From the NCBI GenBank assembly GCA_000182565.2, contig KQ257454.1: DNA of 64,000 nucleotides, one strand, 5' to 3'. Under the pieces are notes generated by a model, which made no database searches, had not been told where the DNA came from, and saw only the letters and a list, made by a program, of their open reading frames with translations. Both the position numbers and the translations under genes were made by a program. This DNA is from Spizellomyces punctatus DAOM BR117 (lineage: Eukaryota). The number at the start of each line of letters is the position of its first letter. Position 1 is the first letter of the stretch. Positions 62,393 to 64,000 of this stretch are shown piece by piece.

Positions 62393-64000
62393 CAGCGCAT
62401 TTTTTGTGCTTTTTTTTGTCATATACTAGTAGCAATTAATCCCACCTTACACTATAATTCCAATGCTTCGTAAGCTACCCACCAATGCATGTTGACTTCT
62501 TCTCTCACTCTTTCTCAGTAGGATTTCCTGCTGGTTTGACCTTGCTCAGGGTTATGTGGCAACTTTGCCCTTGCCTCCGCCACGTCTCCTTGCAGTACGA
62601 TTAGATGAGTAGCATGTGCTTGCTGGAAGTCTTTTCCGGTCTCGTCCATGAATTTGTACCAAGGGAAGATAGGAAGACAGAAGCACAAGCTTCATCCGTT
62701 CATCCAAGGCGTACGTGAAGCCGACTTTCTGCTCTATGAAGATAGTTTCGCTAGAAAATCTCTTTAGGTGAATCCGCTACCCTAAACATATTCGTCTCTT
62801 TTCCTTTGCAGTTCTGCTAGAAGTATTGCTATTGATAGCTGCCTTGCCTTGCAATCCTGGCTTTGAAGACGGAACTGTCCAGTTCGGCGAAAATTCTTTG
62901 TTTTTTGGATCTCTTAGTCAAGGACCGGATTGTCTGAGTTGTTGTCTTCGGCAGCACATCGTGATATGCGCGCCTGTCACTACGTGTGAAGGGTTATAAA
63001 CGCAAAACCCCGAGATGCTAGTAGAACCACAGAAAAGGCTAGCACATGTTGAGGAGTCAACCGGCGTCTGCAAAAAGGCAGGCAATAGATCCCACATACC
63101 GTGACACCTACGTAGTTCAATATATGATTACGGGCATAGCTCCAATGCCGACGATTGCACGCCTTGCTCACTACCGTCGAGATAGTAGGACGATGGACGC
63201 CAACAGGGACGGCTTACTCTACACTAATGTACACCGATACCTCTCTACCACCAAATGATATCCTCATTGCATTATAGGTCTGTAACAATGACATGCTCTA
63301 CAGCTATTCAACGACGATCCCCACGACCAGCGATGACGCTCACCATATCATATCTCCACGGCAGATGCCTAGATATGTAAAATATCGGGAAGGCTGTCCT
63401 CTTCATGACATCTGCGAAACGACAACCCACAATTTTCAGAGTCGGTGTGACACCTATTTAACTTGTTAACCCCATTCCCAGCATCTCCATATTTGCGCCT
63501 GACACCTCTAAATTTACTGTGTACTTGCGCATACAACATTTCATTAGCTAGTGCTTAGCATTTGACATGTTGTGTCATGCTCAACTTGCTAACGAATACC
63601 TAGCCTGAGGATGTGCCTAGGCTGATTAAGATGTTAGATGGAACATTATTTAATATCAACCATGTATCATGGCATAATACAATCGGTCTGACAATAAGAC
63701 ATATTTTACTTTCTACTACGTTCGCGTCAAAATATAAATCGCGGATGTGATCATAAAGCCCAGAAGGCCAATGACAAATTAACACGAGTTATCGCAAGTG
63801 AAATTGATGCAAACAATAGCCGGCCTAGATGACCGATAACAGAATGCACCGCTGTCAAAACGAGGCACATGATGTGCCGGCCATTTTGCATTGATGGTAT
63901 GCGCAGGACTGCAAATGCCTGTCTCTCTGTCCAGGCAATCCAAGTGTCATGGTCAAATCTACCCTGCAACATTACCAAAAGATTTGCTCACCCAAAGTAT

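Noticed and set aside
62400-64000. Terminal 1.6 kb as a possible transposon or gene
   Set aside because: No terminal repeats, transposase or RT motifs, or assemblable exons were seen.
1-64000. tRNA, rRNA, CRISPR arrays, prokaryotic operons or defence systems
   Set aside because: None seen by eye. The DNA is spliceosomal-intron-containing eukaryotic sequence. A tRNAscan-SE/Infernal run would be needed to exclude small RNAs fully.

Overview
This is compact, intron-rich eukaryotic DNA with about 28 protein-coding genes, mostly in head-to-head or tail-to-tail pairs with short GT-AG introns. Fungal housekeeping genes (UBP8, SDS22, YIF1, STS1, HAP5, RSM23, NAR1, ALG14, PSA1, CDC40, APL4) sit beside flagellar genes (radial spoke head RSPH4/6, Tctex-type dynein light chain, CFAP69). 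This points to a zoosporic fungus, probably a chytrid (inference). Manual splicing reveals features the ORF track misses: (1) an AT-AC U12-type minor intron in the ZC3HC1/NIPA gene; (2) a stand-alone 71-aa LYR protein closely resembling the human MIEF1 uORF microprotein L0R8F8/AltMiD51; (3) a probable Mediator MED28; (4) an augmin HAUS4 gene; (5) a 6-nt micro-exon in NF-YC; (6) an antisense coding overlap between CFAP69 and ALG14; (7) an uncharacterised multi-zinc-finger protein with a possible GNAT-like C-terminus. RFX X-box-like palindromes recur in several promoters. No rRNA, tRNA, CRISPR array or recognisable intact transposon was found, and there is one 100-N gap. All homology calls come from recalled family motifs, not database searches.
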